A stretch of 64,000 nt of DNA from assembly GCA_022451865.1 (NCBI GenBank), contig JAKUNM010000001.1:4733-68732 (forward strand). The letters are read 5' to 3'. The notes beneath the pieces were generated by a model. It had not been told where the DNA came from and searched no databases. It was given only the letters and a program-made list of their open reading frames with translations. The translations under genes were made by a program, and so were the position numbers. Shown here one piece after another: positions 31,242 to 40,876 of this stretch (position 1 is the stretch's first letter; every line of letters begins with the position of its first letter). This DNA is from Dehalococcoidia bacterium. GTDB lineage: Bacteria; Chloroflexota; Dehalococcoidia; UBA2979.

Positions 31242-32636
31242 TTACGGTTTCGTCATTTCTTCAGGTTTGATCCACTCATCAAACTGTTCTTCAGTTAGTA
31301 TATCTAATTCTAGTCCCGCTTGCAGAAGTGTCTTGTTTTCTTGGTGAGCTTTTTTTGCTATTTTTGCAGCATTGTCATAACCGATATGAGGATTTAATGC
31401 TGTTACTAGCATTAATGAAGATTCCATCAGTTCTTTAATTTTTGATTTATTCGGTTTAATGTCAGCTAAACAATTCTTCACAAATGAATTCATCGCATCT
31501 GATAATAGTTGGATACTTTGAATATTGTTGTATGCGATGACAGGTTTGAATACATTTAGTTCAAAATGTCCATTTGCCCCCCCGAACGCAACAGTGACAT
31601 CATTACCAAATACTTGTGTACATACCATTGTGAGTGCTTCAGTTTGCGTAGGGTTTACTTTACCGGGCATTATTGAAGAACCGGGTTCATTTTCAGGTAG
31701 AATCAACTCTCCTAAACCTGCACGAGGTCCAGAACCTAGCATACGAATATCATTACCAATTTTCATTAAGGATACTGCTATAACTTTTAACTGACCTGAT
31801 AATTCTACTTGGGCATCATGCGTTGCGAGTGATTCAAATTTATTGGGTGCTGTTACAAAAGGGATTTTTGTGAAATCTGCGACTGCTTTTGCAGCACTTA
31901 CTGCAAAGTCAGGATGAGAATTCAACCCTGTCCCTACTGCAGTTCCGCCCAAAGCTAATTCATATAAGCGAGGCAAGGTTAGTTTTATGCGGTCAATATC
32001 GTTACGTATTTGTTGTGCGTACCCAGAAAATTCCTGTCCCAGTGTAAGTGGGACAGCATCCATGAAATGTGTTCGTCCTATTTTAACGATCGAATCAAAT
32101 TCTAGAGTTTTTTTATCAAGAGTACCTAATAAGTTTTCTAGCGCAGGTATTAAGAGATGAGTGATCATTTCAGCTGTTGCGATACTCATAGCAGTTGGGA
32201 AGGTATCATTTGATGATTGTGACATATTGACATGATCATTAGGATGGATAGGATCTTTTGATCCCAATTCACCCCCCAAAACTTCGATAGATCGATTAGA
32301 AATAACTTCATTTGCATTCATATTAGTTTGCGTGCCTGAACCAGTCTGCCAGATTACCAAAGGGAAATGTTCATCGAGTTCACCATTAATTACTTGTTTT
32401 GATGCATTTCGTATAGTTTCTCCAAAATTCGAGTCTAATTTACCCAGATTTTCATTCGCTAAACTAGAAGCATATTTCACTATGCCTAACGCTCGAATTA
32501 ATGATCGTGGCATTCGTTCAGTTCCAATTTCAAAATTCATTAAGGATCTTTGTGTTTGTGCTCCCCAATATTTATCTGATGGAACATTAATCTGTCCCAT
32601 GCTGTCAGATTCAGTGCGGTATGATTGATCGGACAT
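31242..32636 (-). CDS. fumC: Fumarate hydratase, class II
   Basis: [13 protein letters not shown] signature (GSSxMPxKxN); 464 aa. Confidence 0.9.
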   Translation of the reverse strand: MSDQSYRTESDSMGQINVPSDKYWGAQTQRSLMNFEIGTERMPRSLIRALGIVKYASSLANENLGKLDSNFGETIRNASKQVINGELDEHFPLVIWQTGSGTQTNMNANEVISNRSIEVLGGELGSKDPIHPNDHVNMSQSSNDTFPTAMSIATAEMITHLLIPALENLLGTLDKKTLEFDSIVKIGRTHFMDAVPLTLGQEFSGYAQQIRNDIDRIKLTLPRLYELALGGTAVGTGLNSHPDFAVSAAKAVADFTKIPFVTAPNKFESLATHDAQVELSGQLKVIAVSLMKIGNDIRMLGSGPRAGLGELILPENEPGSSIMPGKVNPTQTEALTMVCTQVFGNDVTVAFGGANGHFELNVFKPVIAYNNIQSIQLLSDAMNSFVKNCLADIKPNKSKIKELMESSLMLVTALNPHIGYDNAAKIAKKAHQENKTLLQAGLELDILTEEQFDEWIKPEEMTKP

Positions 32637-32664
32637 ACTTTTACTTTCTTTTTATAAATTACGA

Positions 32665-33591
32665 CTAAGGGATCAAAGTTACTAACTCTTTCACTGCATC
32701 ACCTGCAATAATCAATTCTTTTTGTTCTGAATCTGATAGTGGTATTTCATAGATTTCTTTAATTCCTCCTTCTCCTAAACGAACAGGGACTCCAACATAG
32801 GCATTTTCGATACCATATTCGCCATTTAGGAAAGCACAACAAGTGAGGATACGATTTTCATCGAGCAAAATTGCATCGACCATTTCAATAGTTGCTGCCG
32901 CTGGTGCTACAAAAGCACTGCCTGTTTTGAGTAAATCAACTATTTCTGCACCACCTTTTGAAGTTCGCTCAACGACCTGCTTTGTTTTCTCATTACCTAA
33001 CAATTGTTCAAGTGGGACTCCACCGACAGAAGCATTTGATACTATTGGGACCATCGTGGCTTCGGTATGTCCTCCCATAACCCATGCACTAACATCTTTG
33101 ACTGATGCACCGGTTTCCATGGCAATAAATGTTCTGTATCGAGCACTATCTAGCATGCCTCCTTGACCAACGACACGATTGCGATCAAACCCACTAGCTT
33201 CAAGGGCGACATGGCACATTACATCCATTGGATTAGCAAAAATTACTAGGGTTGTATTTGGAGAATATTCTACAGCGCTACTTACCACAGATTTTACAAT
33301 ACTCGCATTTGTACTAAGCAGGTCTTCTCGTGTCATACCAGGTTTTCTTGCAATACCTGATGTGACAATAACAGCATCAGAATTCGCTGTGTCTTCCCAA
33401 GCGTTTGTACCCAAGACAGTACTACTGAAATTAGCCCAAGGAGCAGATTCTGCAATATCTAAAGCTTTGCCTTGTGGTAGGCCTTCGACAATATCGATAA
33501 GGACGATATCGGCATAGTTTTTTGTTGCTAATATTTGTGCCATTGTTGCACCAGTGTTCCCAGCACCTACGATTGTGACTTTCTTTCGCAT
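32665..33591 (-). CDS. mdh: Malate dehydrogenase (LDH-like family)
   Basis: KVTIVGAGNTGATMA Rossmann motif, IDIVEG..QGKALD, catalytic His region; 308 aa. Confidence 0.9.
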   Translation of the reverse strand: MRKKVTIVGAGNTGATMAQILATKNYADIVLIDIVEGLPQGKALDIAESAPWANFSSTVLGTNAWEDTANSDAVIVTSGIARKPGMTREDLLSTNASIVKSVVSSAVEYSPNTTLVIFANPMDVMCHVALEASGFDRNRVVGQGGMLDSARYRTFIAMETGASVKDVSAWVMGGHTEATMVPIVSNASVGGVPLEQLLGNEKTKQVVERTSKGGAEIVDLLKTGSAFVAPAAATIEMVDAILLDENRILTCCAFLNGEYGIENAYVGVPVRLGEGGIKEIYEIPLSDSEQKELIIAGDAVKELVTLIP

Positions 33592-33633
33592 AATGACGAC
33601 CTTTCTTAAAAATCTAGACGGATAGAATTAAGC

Positions 33634-34848
33634 CTAAGACATTTTATTTTGTAAACCTTCATCAAGTTTTGACAAAAATTCATTTGTGGTGAGCCATCCT
33701 TGATCAGGCCCTACCAACAATGCTAAATCTTTGGTCATGTTTCCATTTTCAACAGTTTCAATACACACTTGTTCTAAAGTATTCGCAAAAGTGCTAAGTG
33801 CATCATTCCCATCAAGTGTGGCACGATGTGACAAGCCTCTTGTCCATGCAAAAATTGACGCAATTGGATTTGTCGAGGTTTCTAATCCTTGTTGATGCTG
33901 GCGATAGTGTCTAGTAACAGTGCCGTGTGCTGCTTCAGCTTCAACTGTTTTTCCATCAGGGGTCATCAATACTGAGCTCATTAAGCCGAGGGAGCCAAAA
34001 CCTTGTGCGACTATGTCAGATTGAACGTCTCCATCATAATTCTTACATGCCCAAACTATACCGCCGTTACCCTTAAGAGCCTGTGCAACCATGTCATCAA
34101 TTAGACGGTGTTCGTACCAAAGGTCCATTTCTTCAAATCGCTTTTGGAATTCATTTTCATACACTTCCTGAAAGATATCCATGAATCTTCCATCATATGC
34201 CTTTAGGATAGTGTTTTTCGTTGATAAATAAACAGGGTATCCAGTTTGAAGTCCATAGTTAAATGATGAACGTGCAAATCCACGTATAGAATCATCAAGG
34301 TTGTACATACCCATAGCAACACCGCTGTCATTGAATTGCATAACTTCATATTCAGTGGCTTCGCTGTGGTCAGAAGGTTCAAATCGCATGGTAAGTTTTC
34401 CAGCCCCTGGGATTAAGAAATCTGAAGCACGATATTGGTCGCCATGTGCATGACGTCCAATAATAATTGGTTGTTCCCAATTAGGAACTATCTTCGGGAT
34501 ATTTTTACAAATTATAGGTTCTCTGAAGACGGTACCTCCCAAAATATTTCTTATTGTCCCATTTGGAGATCTCCACATTGATTTAAGGTCGAATTCTTCA
34601 ACACGGGCCTCATCTGGTGTGATCGTGGCACACTTAACTCCAACTCCATATTTCTGGATTGCGTGTGCAGCATCAATCGTGATTTGATCATCCGTTTTAT
34701 CTCTAGATTCAATTCCAAGATCGTAATATTCGAGTTCAATATCGAGGTAAGGGAGAATTAGTTTCTCACGAATAAATCCCCAAATGATGCGAGTCATTTC
34801 ATCACCATCTAATTCTACGACTGGATTTGCTACATTAATTTTTGACAT
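33634..34848 (-). CDS. icd: NADP-dependent isocitrate dehydrogenase, homodimeric type II (eukaryotic IDH1/2-like)
   Basis: N-terminus [13 protein letters not shown]...[42 protein letters not shown]...[11 protein letters not shown] resembles IDH1-type enzymes nearly residue-for-residue; 404 aa. Confidence 0.9.
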   Translation of the reverse strand: MSKINVANPVVELDGDEMTRIIWGFIREKLILPYLDIELEYYDLGIESRDKTDDQITIDAAHAIQKYGVGVKCATITPDEARVEEFDLKSMWRSPNGTIRNILGGTVFREPIICKNIPKIVPNWEQPIIIGRHAHGDQYRASDFLIPGAGKLTMRFEPSDHSEATEYEVMQFNDSGVAMGMYNLDDSIRGFARSSFNYGLQTGYPVYLSTKNTILKAYDGRFMDIFQEVYENEFQKRFEEMDLWYEHRLIDDMVAQALKGNGGIVWACKNYDGDVQSDIVAQGFGSLGLMSSVLMTPDGKTVEAEAAHGTVTRHYRQHQQGLETSTNPIASIFAWTRGLSHRATLDGNDALSTFANTLEQVCIETVENGNMTKDLALLVGPDQGWLTTNEFLSKLDEGLQNKMS

Positions 34849-34935
34849 TATTTACCTTTCATAAGTTAGACATAAAAAATGAATATTCTTTCATAGCTAA
34901 AAATTTGGCCAAGCAAGTATACCCGTAAAATCACT

Positions 34936-36480
34936 CTAGAGAGGTATTATGCCATGTCTTTTTGGTGGAAGATTTTCTGATTTAGTTTTCAACATGGATA
35001 ATGCTTTTGATACTTTCATTCGCGTTTCACTTGGATCGATAACATCATCAATATATCCCTTTGCTGCAGCTATGTAAGGATGTTCTAATTCTTCTTGATA
35101 TTCTGCTATTAATTGACTTCTAGCTTTGTCTACGTCATCAGCAGCTTGTAATTCACGCCTATTGATTATATTTACAGCTTGGGTACCCGCCATTACAGCA
35201 ACTGCTGCGCCAGCCCATGCATAATTTACGTCAGCACCTAAATGTTTGGACCCCATAGCGTCATATGCACCACCGAAGGCTTTACGAAGAATTACTGTTA
35301 CTTTTGGTACAGTTGCTTCAGCGTATGCAAATACTAGTTTTGCTCCATGGCTAATGATACCTCCATATTCTTGGGATACGCCTGGTAAGAATCCAGGTAC
35401 ATCAACTAGGGTAACTATAGGAATATTAAAAGCATCACAAAAGCGAACAAATCTTGCAGCTTTTCTTGAAGAATCAATATCTAGAACTCCCGCAAGATAT
35501 AAAGGTTGGTTTGCTACAATTCCAACAGTATTTCCTTCAATTCTTGCCAGACCTACAACTATGTTTTGAGCAAAAAGTTCATGTACTTCCATAAAGTCAC
35601 CATTGTCTACTAATCTTTCGATAATATCTCGGACATCATATGGATTTTGCGAATCTTCAGGAAGTACATCCAGAATATCCGACAAAATTCGTTCGCCCGG
35701 ATCTCCAGTGTCTAAAGAAGGTACGTCATCTATATTATTACTAGGCAAAAAGGAAAGTAATCGTCGAACATCATCTAAACATGTCTGTTCATCTTCTGCG
35801 GTAAAATGGGAAACTCCCGATTTACTTGCATGTGAATTTGCTCCACCTAATTCCTCGTGGGTTGTTTCTTCTCCAGTAACACTTGCTATTACATCTGGTC
35901 CCGTCAGGAACATTTGTGAAGTTCCGTCTACCATAAAAATAAAATCAGTAAGTGCTGGTGAATATACTGCTCCACCAGCACATGGCCCCATAATTACACT
36001 TAGTTGAGGTATGACACCAGATGCTTGAACGTTTCTATAAAAAATTTCTCCATACCCTGCTAATGAACCAACACCCTCTTGGATTCTGGCCCCTCCTGAA
36101 TCGTTTAATCCAATCATAGGGACGCCAGTTTTTGTAGCTAAATCCATAGCTTTTGCAATTTTTTCGCTCACCACTTCACCTAAGGAACCTCCAAAAACAG
36201 TGAAATCTTGAGCAAAAACACAGACTGCCCTTCCATCGATGCGTCCCCATCCTGTAACGACAGCATCTCCGTATAACCGCTCATTAGATGCGACATCGTT
36301 CATATCTGCTCCGAGTGCATCCAGTTCTTCAAAAGAATTAGGATCGAGTAATAAATCAATCCTTTCGCGTGCTGTTAATTTTCCTCGCGCATGCTGTGCT
36401 TCAACTCTATCTATTCCGCCACCAAGTGCGGCACGTTCCTTTAATTGCTGGAGATAGTCGAGTTGTTCTTGAATTGACAT
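34936..36480 (-). CDS. Acyl-CoA carboxylase carboxyltransferase subunit (propionyl-CoA carboxylase beta / methylmalonyl-CoA carboxyltransferase family)
   Basis: Typical PccB N-terminus LDYLQQLKERAALGGG..R...QHARGKLTARERIDLLLD.. and two crotonase-fold CT domains; 514 aa. No partner biotin subunit in the window. Confidence 0.85.
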   Translation of the reverse strand: MSIQEQLDYLQQLKERAALGGGIDRVEAQHARGKLTARERIDLLLDPNSFEELDALGADMNDVASNERLYGDAVVTGWGRIDGRAVCVFAQDFTVFGGSLGEVVSEKIAKAMDLATKTGVPMIGLNDSGGARIQEGVGSLAGYGEIFYRNVQASGVIPQLSVIMGPCAGGAVYSPALTDFIFMVDGTSQMFLTGPDVIASVTGEETTHEELGGANSHASKSGVSHFTAEDEQTCLDDVRRLLSFLPSNNIDDVPSLDTGDPGERILSDILDVLPEDSQNPYDVRDIIERLVDNGDFMEVHELFAQNIVVGLARIEGNTVGIVANQPLYLAGVLDIDSSRKAARFVRFCDAFNIPIVTLVDVPGFLPGVSQEYGGIISHGAKLVFAYAEATVPKVTVILRKAFGGAYDAMGSKHLGADVNYAWAGAAVAVMAGTQAVNIINRRELQAADDVDKARSQLIAEYQEELEHPYIAAAKGYIDDVIDPSETRMKVSKALSMLKTKSENLPPKRHGIIPL

Positions 36481-36576
36481 TTTTCTTCCGTCCCTCTAGT
36501 TGATTTGAGTAACTGTAATATTTATTGTGCCATCAAAACAAAAAAAGCTGACACTACTGAATAGGAGATTACCTTG

Positions 36577-37185
36577 TTATTGACTTGGGATCAGCAATTC
36601 TTGTCCAATTTGTAGATTTCCTAACTCATCCAACGTGAATCCATTGGCTGAAGCAAGCTCTTCCATAGTGATGTCAAATTTTTGTGCAATTGCATATCCT
36701 GTATCTCCATCTTGTACTGAGTATTTCTCAATGCTTTCTGATGAATCAGCAGTTGTGGTAGGACTAGGTGTTGTAATCAAGCTATCTGTAGAGGGAATAA
36801 GGAGTTCTTGATCAACAAAAATATTTGTATTATTTAAATCATTAAGTGATTGAATAGCTTCTACTGTGGTGTCATATTTTTGTGCGATAACGGATAAAGA
36901 ATCACCTGCCACAACAATGTATATCTCACCGACTTCACTTGCAGCATTTTTAGTTGGTTCTGGTGTGGCTCCTATCCTTTCTAAAACGACTGCAGTTGGT
37001 ACTGCTGGAAAAGGAGTGGCAGAGGCAGATGATTGTGAGTTGAGTGAAGCAGTAGATTGATTACCAGTGACAGTGGGTATAATTTCTGTCTTTTCGTTTT
37101 CAGTATCATCTCCGCCACAACTAAGAATTAGTGTTAGTAAAGAGAAACTGAATATTGTGATGAAATATTTAATTTTTTTATTCAT
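36577..37185 (-). CDS. LysM-domain lipoprotein (two LysM repeats)
   Basis: Start at the internal Met (MNKKIKYF...) gives a signal peptide with lipobox LILSCGG. A Thr/Ser/Pro-rich linker is followed by two LysM motifs (YIVVAGDSLSVIAQKY..., YSVQDGDTGYAIAQKF...). The track ORF extends spuriously upstream. Confidence 0.7.
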   Translation of the reverse strand: MNKKIKYFITIFSFSLLTLILSCGGDDTENEKTEIIPTVTGNQSTASLNSQSSASATPFPAVPTAVVLERIGATPEPTKNAASEVGEIYIVVAGDSLSVIAQKYDTTVEAIQSLNDLNNTNIFVDQELLIPSTDSLITTPSPTTTADSSESIEKYSVQDGDTGYAIAQKFDITMEELASANGFTLDELGNLQIGQELLIPSQ

Positions 37186-37204
37186 TATTTTCTCAGATTC
37201 TTCG

Positions 37205-37645
37205 TTAACTTTGCTTTCGTATCCACTTTGAGATACGGTGCATAAAATTTTCATATCTAGGGGGAGAATTAACTTTTTTACCTCGCCAAATTTGTTGATT
37301 TTTTGAGGATGAATTGCTGTTGCCAAAGAACATCAATGTAAAACTAGTTAAGAATACTACAATTCCTGAAAACAAGACCCATCGCATTAATAATGGATTT
37401 ATTCGACCTAAAATAAAGTACGAAGTAAAAATCATTAAGAATGATCCAAGCATTAACTGTGCTAGTGAGATTTTGCCGAGATACTTTGCCACCAGTTGCT
37501 GTTTTTTTGATATAGCAATTCCTAGATAACTTAAGTATAGTTTTAGACGCTTTTTTGTAGCACTTTCAGAGCTGGGGAAATCATCAATTTTTTTAAGCAA
37601 TTCCTCAATTTCTTTTTCTAGGTTATCCGACATGTATTTCACCAT
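37205..37645 (-). CDS. Hypothetical small membrane protein (two predicted TM helices)
   Basis: ORF with hydrophobic segments LMLGSFLMIFTSYFILG and VLFSGIVVFLTSFTLMFF. No recognisable motif. Lies directly upstream of, and co-oriented with, the LysM gene. Confidence 0.35.
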   Translation of the reverse strand: MVKYMSDNLEKEIEELLKKIDDFPSSESATKKRLKLYLSYLGIAISKKQQLVAKYLGKISLAQLMLGSFLMIFTSYFILGRINPLLMRWVLFSGIVVFLTSFTLMFFGNSNSSSKNQQIWRGKKVNSPPRYENFMHRISKWIRKQS

Positions 37646-37785
37646 CGATGATCTATCATACTTTGAAACTATTATAATTGAAAAAGAGGATTTCGTCGTA
37701 ATATTAGAAGAAAGACTCTTAGTTAAGAAAAAATCTAACTACTTTTAAAATACATCTTAACTGATTAAAATTAAATTACAGTGAA

Positions 37786-37820
37786 TATCCGTATACGATT
37801 TCTTGGTGTATCCTTATACG
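37786..37820 (+). promoter_or_regulatory. Direct repeat TATCC(G/T)TATACG x2 (centres 23 bp apart) in the rplY/ctc upstream region; candidate operator
   Basis: gaaTATCCGTATACGatttcttggtgTATCCTTATACGtcg, ~50 bp upstream of the rplY start. The first copy contains the palindrome GTATAC. Confidence 0.25.
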
Positions 37821-37871
37821 TCGTTTGCATTTTTGATTTTGACTAAAATACATTTCCTACAGGAGCATTCA

Positions 37872-38522
37872 ATGCCAGATACTTATGCAGCAATTGCACG
37901 TGACGTGATAGGTAAAAAGGTAAGTGTTTTACGTGGTAATGGAATTATTCCTGCCAATATATATGGCCGTGGAATCGATTCAGTTCCAGTGCAAATTCTG
38001 TGGCCAGAAGCAAGAGGGATGTTAAATGCACATGGACGTAATGTATTGATTCAAATTCAAATTGAGGGAGAAGCTCAATCTCGTTCTGTTGTTATTCGCG
38101 ATTTCACTCGTGATCCAGTTAATGGTTCTTTACAGCATATTGATTTTTTTCAGGTTGATCTTACTCGAAAAATTCAAGCTGATATTCCTGTTCAGTTAGT
38201 TGGTGAATCTCCTGCTGTTCATACATATGGTGGTATTCTTGTCCAGTCATTAGAATTACTGCACGTAGAGGCACTTCCTACAGAAATGCCAGAATCGATT
38301 CAAGTTTCTGTGGAATCACTAGGCGAACTTGAATCTTCGTTAACAGTAGGCGATATTCAGGCACCTGAAGGAGTTTCAATTCTTACTGCTCCAGATGTTG
38401 GTTTGGCCCAAATTGCTCGACCACGTGTTGAACAAGAAGAATCAGAAGAGATACAAGAAGGTGAAGATATAGAAGGCGTAGTTTCTACGGATGATTCAGA
38501 AGTTGAAGAAGAAGCCGACTAG
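37872..38522 (+). CDS. rplY: 50S ribosomal protein L25 / general stress protein Ctc
   Basis: Start at the internal ATG with RBS ACAGGAG. N-domain L25 fold (RGNGIIPANIYGRG...) plus a long acidic C-terminal Ctc-type tail. Confidence 0.8.
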   Translation: MPDTYAAIARDVIGKKVSVLRGNGIIPANIYGRGIDSVPVQILWPEARGMLNAHGRNVLIQIQIEGEAQSRSVVIRDFTRDPVNGSLQHIDFFQVDLTRKIQADIPVQLVGESPAVHTYGGILVQSLELLHVEALPTEMPESIQVSVESLGELESSLTVGDIQAPEGVSILTAPDVGLAQIARPRVEQEESEEIQEGEDIEGVVSTDDSEVEEEAD

Positions 38523-38523
38523 A

Positions 38524-39618
38524 TTATTTTTTCACGTTGTTAAAACTACTTGTATTTAATTGACCACATGCGGCTGCTATCTCTGTTCCTCTTTCATAAC
38601 GGATGGTAGTATTGACACCTTTTTCATTAAGGATTTTTGAAAAAAGATTAATTTTATTCATACTCGGTCGTCTTAATTTTTCTGTATCGATTGGATTGTA
38701 AGGTATTAAATTGACATGTGTAGCTGTATTGACAAGTTTTGAGGCTAGTTCGATAGCATGTTCTTCATGATCATTAACACCTTCTAGTAACGCGTAAGCA
38801 AAAGTAACACGTCTCTTTGTAATTTCTTGATATTTTTTGCCGGCATCGATTAGCTCGTCTATAGTCGTTTTTACATTAGTGGGAACTAATATTTTTCTTA
38901 ATTCATTATTAGGTGCATGTAAAGATATTGTCAGGCCGATCTGTAGTTTCTCTTGAGCGAGTCGTTCAATTTTATCTACTAACCCTACTGTCGAAACTGT
39001 AATTCCGCGTTGTCTTAAGTTAAAACCATTTTTGGAGATCAGCCATTTGATACTTCTTATAGTATTTTCATAATTTGCTAATGGCTCACCCATTCCCATA
39101 AAAACAACATTGGTTATCTTCCTTGTTTTTGAAAAATATAGTATTTGTCCGATTATTTCAGATGTGCTTAGGTTACGTTTCAATCCCTGTAATCCTGTAG
39201 CACAAAAAATGCATTGCATTGCACATCCGGCCTGTGTCGAAATACATATTGTTGTCCGGTGTGATGAATTGTCTATGATAGAGTCTGGATCATATTTCAT
39301 TTGGACTGTTTCGATATTCGAACCATCTTCTAATCCGAATAATATTTTTGTTGTTGCTGCATCATCGGTGCTTTGTTCAGTATTAATGTTTAATGCTGTT
39401 ATTTTGAATTGCGATGATAGAAATGCTCTAAATTGTCTGGGTAGATTAAGCATTTCATCAAAATTAGTTACATTTTTGTTGATTATCCAATGAATTATTT
39501 GAGTTGCACGAAATTTCTCATATCCATTTTCTATAATCTTTTCTTCTAACTCACTGAAGTTATAGTCGAAAATATATTTCTTATCATCTATTAGGTTCTG
39601 ATTAGATAAGTTAATCAA
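38524..39618 (-). CDS. rlmN: 23S rRNA (adenine2503-C2)-methyltransferase RlmN (radical SAM)
   Basis: CISTQAGCAMQCIFCATG (CxxxCxxC), MGMGEPLANY, and conserved C-terminal Cys. Confidence 0.9.
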   Translation of the reverse strand: MINLSNQNLIDDKKYIFDYNFSELEEKIIENGYEKFRATQIIHWIINKNVTNFDEMLNLPRQFRAFLSSQFKITALNINTEQSTDDAATTKILFGLEDGSNIETVQMKYDPDSIIDNSSHRTTICISTQAGCAMQCIFCATGLQGLKRNLSTSEIIGQILYFSKTRKITNVVFMGMGEPLANYENTIRSIKWLISKNGFNLRQRGITVSTVGLVDKIERLAQEKLQIGLTISLHAPNNELRKILVPTNVKTTIDELIDAGKKYQEITKRRVTFAYALLEGVNDHEEHAIELASKLVNTATHVNLIPYNPIDTEKLRRPSMNKINLFSKILNEKGVNTTIRYERGTEIAAACGQLNTSSFNNVKK

Positions 39619-40579
39619 AATTTGATCCTACGAATGATCTGTCTCCGTTGAGATAATCTTTTATTGATTGGATTTTTTTGCCTGAACGTTGTATTTCGAT
39701 CAACCCTAAAGCGCCTTCGCCGCAGACGACCGCAATTGTATTTTTTAAAAATATTGCTGAATTTTGGTTATTATTTTGAATAATTTCGATAATTGTACCT
39801 GGTTTTTCTTCTGAATAATAATCCGGGATTGACCAAGCTTGGTGAATTACAAATAATTGTTGCTTATAGATCGTATTAGCCAGTGGCCAGGGGTTGAGCG
39901 CTCTGACAGCTAGTGCAATATTATTAGATGAATCATACCAATTGATTCGTCCATCTGATTTTTTAAGTTTTTTTGTATTAGTAGCTAATTGATCATTTTG
40001 TTTTTTTGGTTGAATTTCTCCATTTATCCATTTCGGAAGAATTTCTATTAGAAGATCGGATCCAATATTTGCGATTTTTTCACTGAGGCTACTTGTAGTA
40101 TCAGTAATTAAAATTGGTGTTCGAATTTGGCCAAGTATTGGACCAGCATCAACTTCCTTGACAATTTTCATGATGGTGGCACCACTTTCGGAGTCCCCCA
40201 TGATTATCGCATTTGCTACCGCTGATGCACCTCTATGTTTTGGTAAAAGTGAACCATGCAAATTAAGCACATCATTAGGAAAAATTGCTAATAATTGTTC
40301 AGGGAGAATATGTCCTGAAGCGACAACTATTCCGATATCAGGTTTTAATTGACTAAGTTTTTCTATTATGTCTGTCGTGATAGTGGATGGTTGAAAAATA
40401 TTAGTGATTCCATATTTAATTGCCATTGATTTTACAGGTGTAGGTACTAGTTGACTCTTCCTTCCCTGTCGTCGGTCAGGTTGAGTAACAATAGCTACAA
40501 CCTCTGCATTATCAAGATTTAGACACTTTGATAATGAAGGTAAAGCAAAGTTTGGTGATCCAAAAAATACGATTCGCAC
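39611..40579 (-). CDS. fmt: Methionyl-tRNA formyltransferase
   Basis: MRIVFFGSPNFA N-terminus, formyltransferase motif NLHGSLLPKHRGASAV, C-terminal tRNA-binding domain. Confidence 0.9.
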   Translation of the reverse strand: MRIVFFGSPNFALPSLSKCLNLDNAEVVAIVTQPDRRQGRKSQLVPTPVKSMAIKYGITNIFQPSTITTDIIEKLSQLKPDIGIVVASGHILPEQLLAIFPNDVLNLHGSLLPKHRGASAVANAIIMGDSESGATIMKIVKEVDAGPILGQIRTPILITDTTSSLSEKIANIGSDLLIEILPKWINGEIQPKKQNDQLATNTKKLKKSDGRINWYDSSNNIALAVRALNPWPLANTIYKQQLFVIHQAWSIPDYYSEEKPGTIIEIIQNNNQNSAIFLKNTIAVVCGEGALGLIEIQRSGKKIQSIKDYLNGDRSFVGSNFD

Positions 40580-40611
40580 TAGTGCATCATATCAAGCAAA
40601 TCTGTATGTGT

Positions 40612-40836
40612 TTAGGAAGCTGCTACTGTCCAAGCAGAAATTCCCAAGAAAAGTACAATGACAAAGATCGTTAAGTGGTGTAAAGATCTTTGGATGCCTC
40701 TTTTGGTTCTGAATGTTTGATCTTGCCCACCCAAAGCCGCACCAAATCCAGTTCCACGAACTTGAATTAGGACTAAAAATATTAGCAGACAGGAAACAAG
40801 TATTTGTGCGAAACTTAATAAGTGTTTTAATTCCAT
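40612..40836 (-). CDS. secG: Preprotein translocase subunit SecG
   Basis: 74 aa with two TM helices flanking a Gly-rich loop (RGTGFGAALGG), the SecG pattern. Confidence 0.65.
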   Translation of the reverse strand: MELKHLLSFAQILVSCLLIFLVLIQVRGTGFGAALGGQDQTFRTKRGIQRSLHHLTIFVIVLFLGISAWTVAAS

Positions 40837-40876
40837 AGAAAAATCGTATAATTCAAATGAGCCATATACAAGTAAT

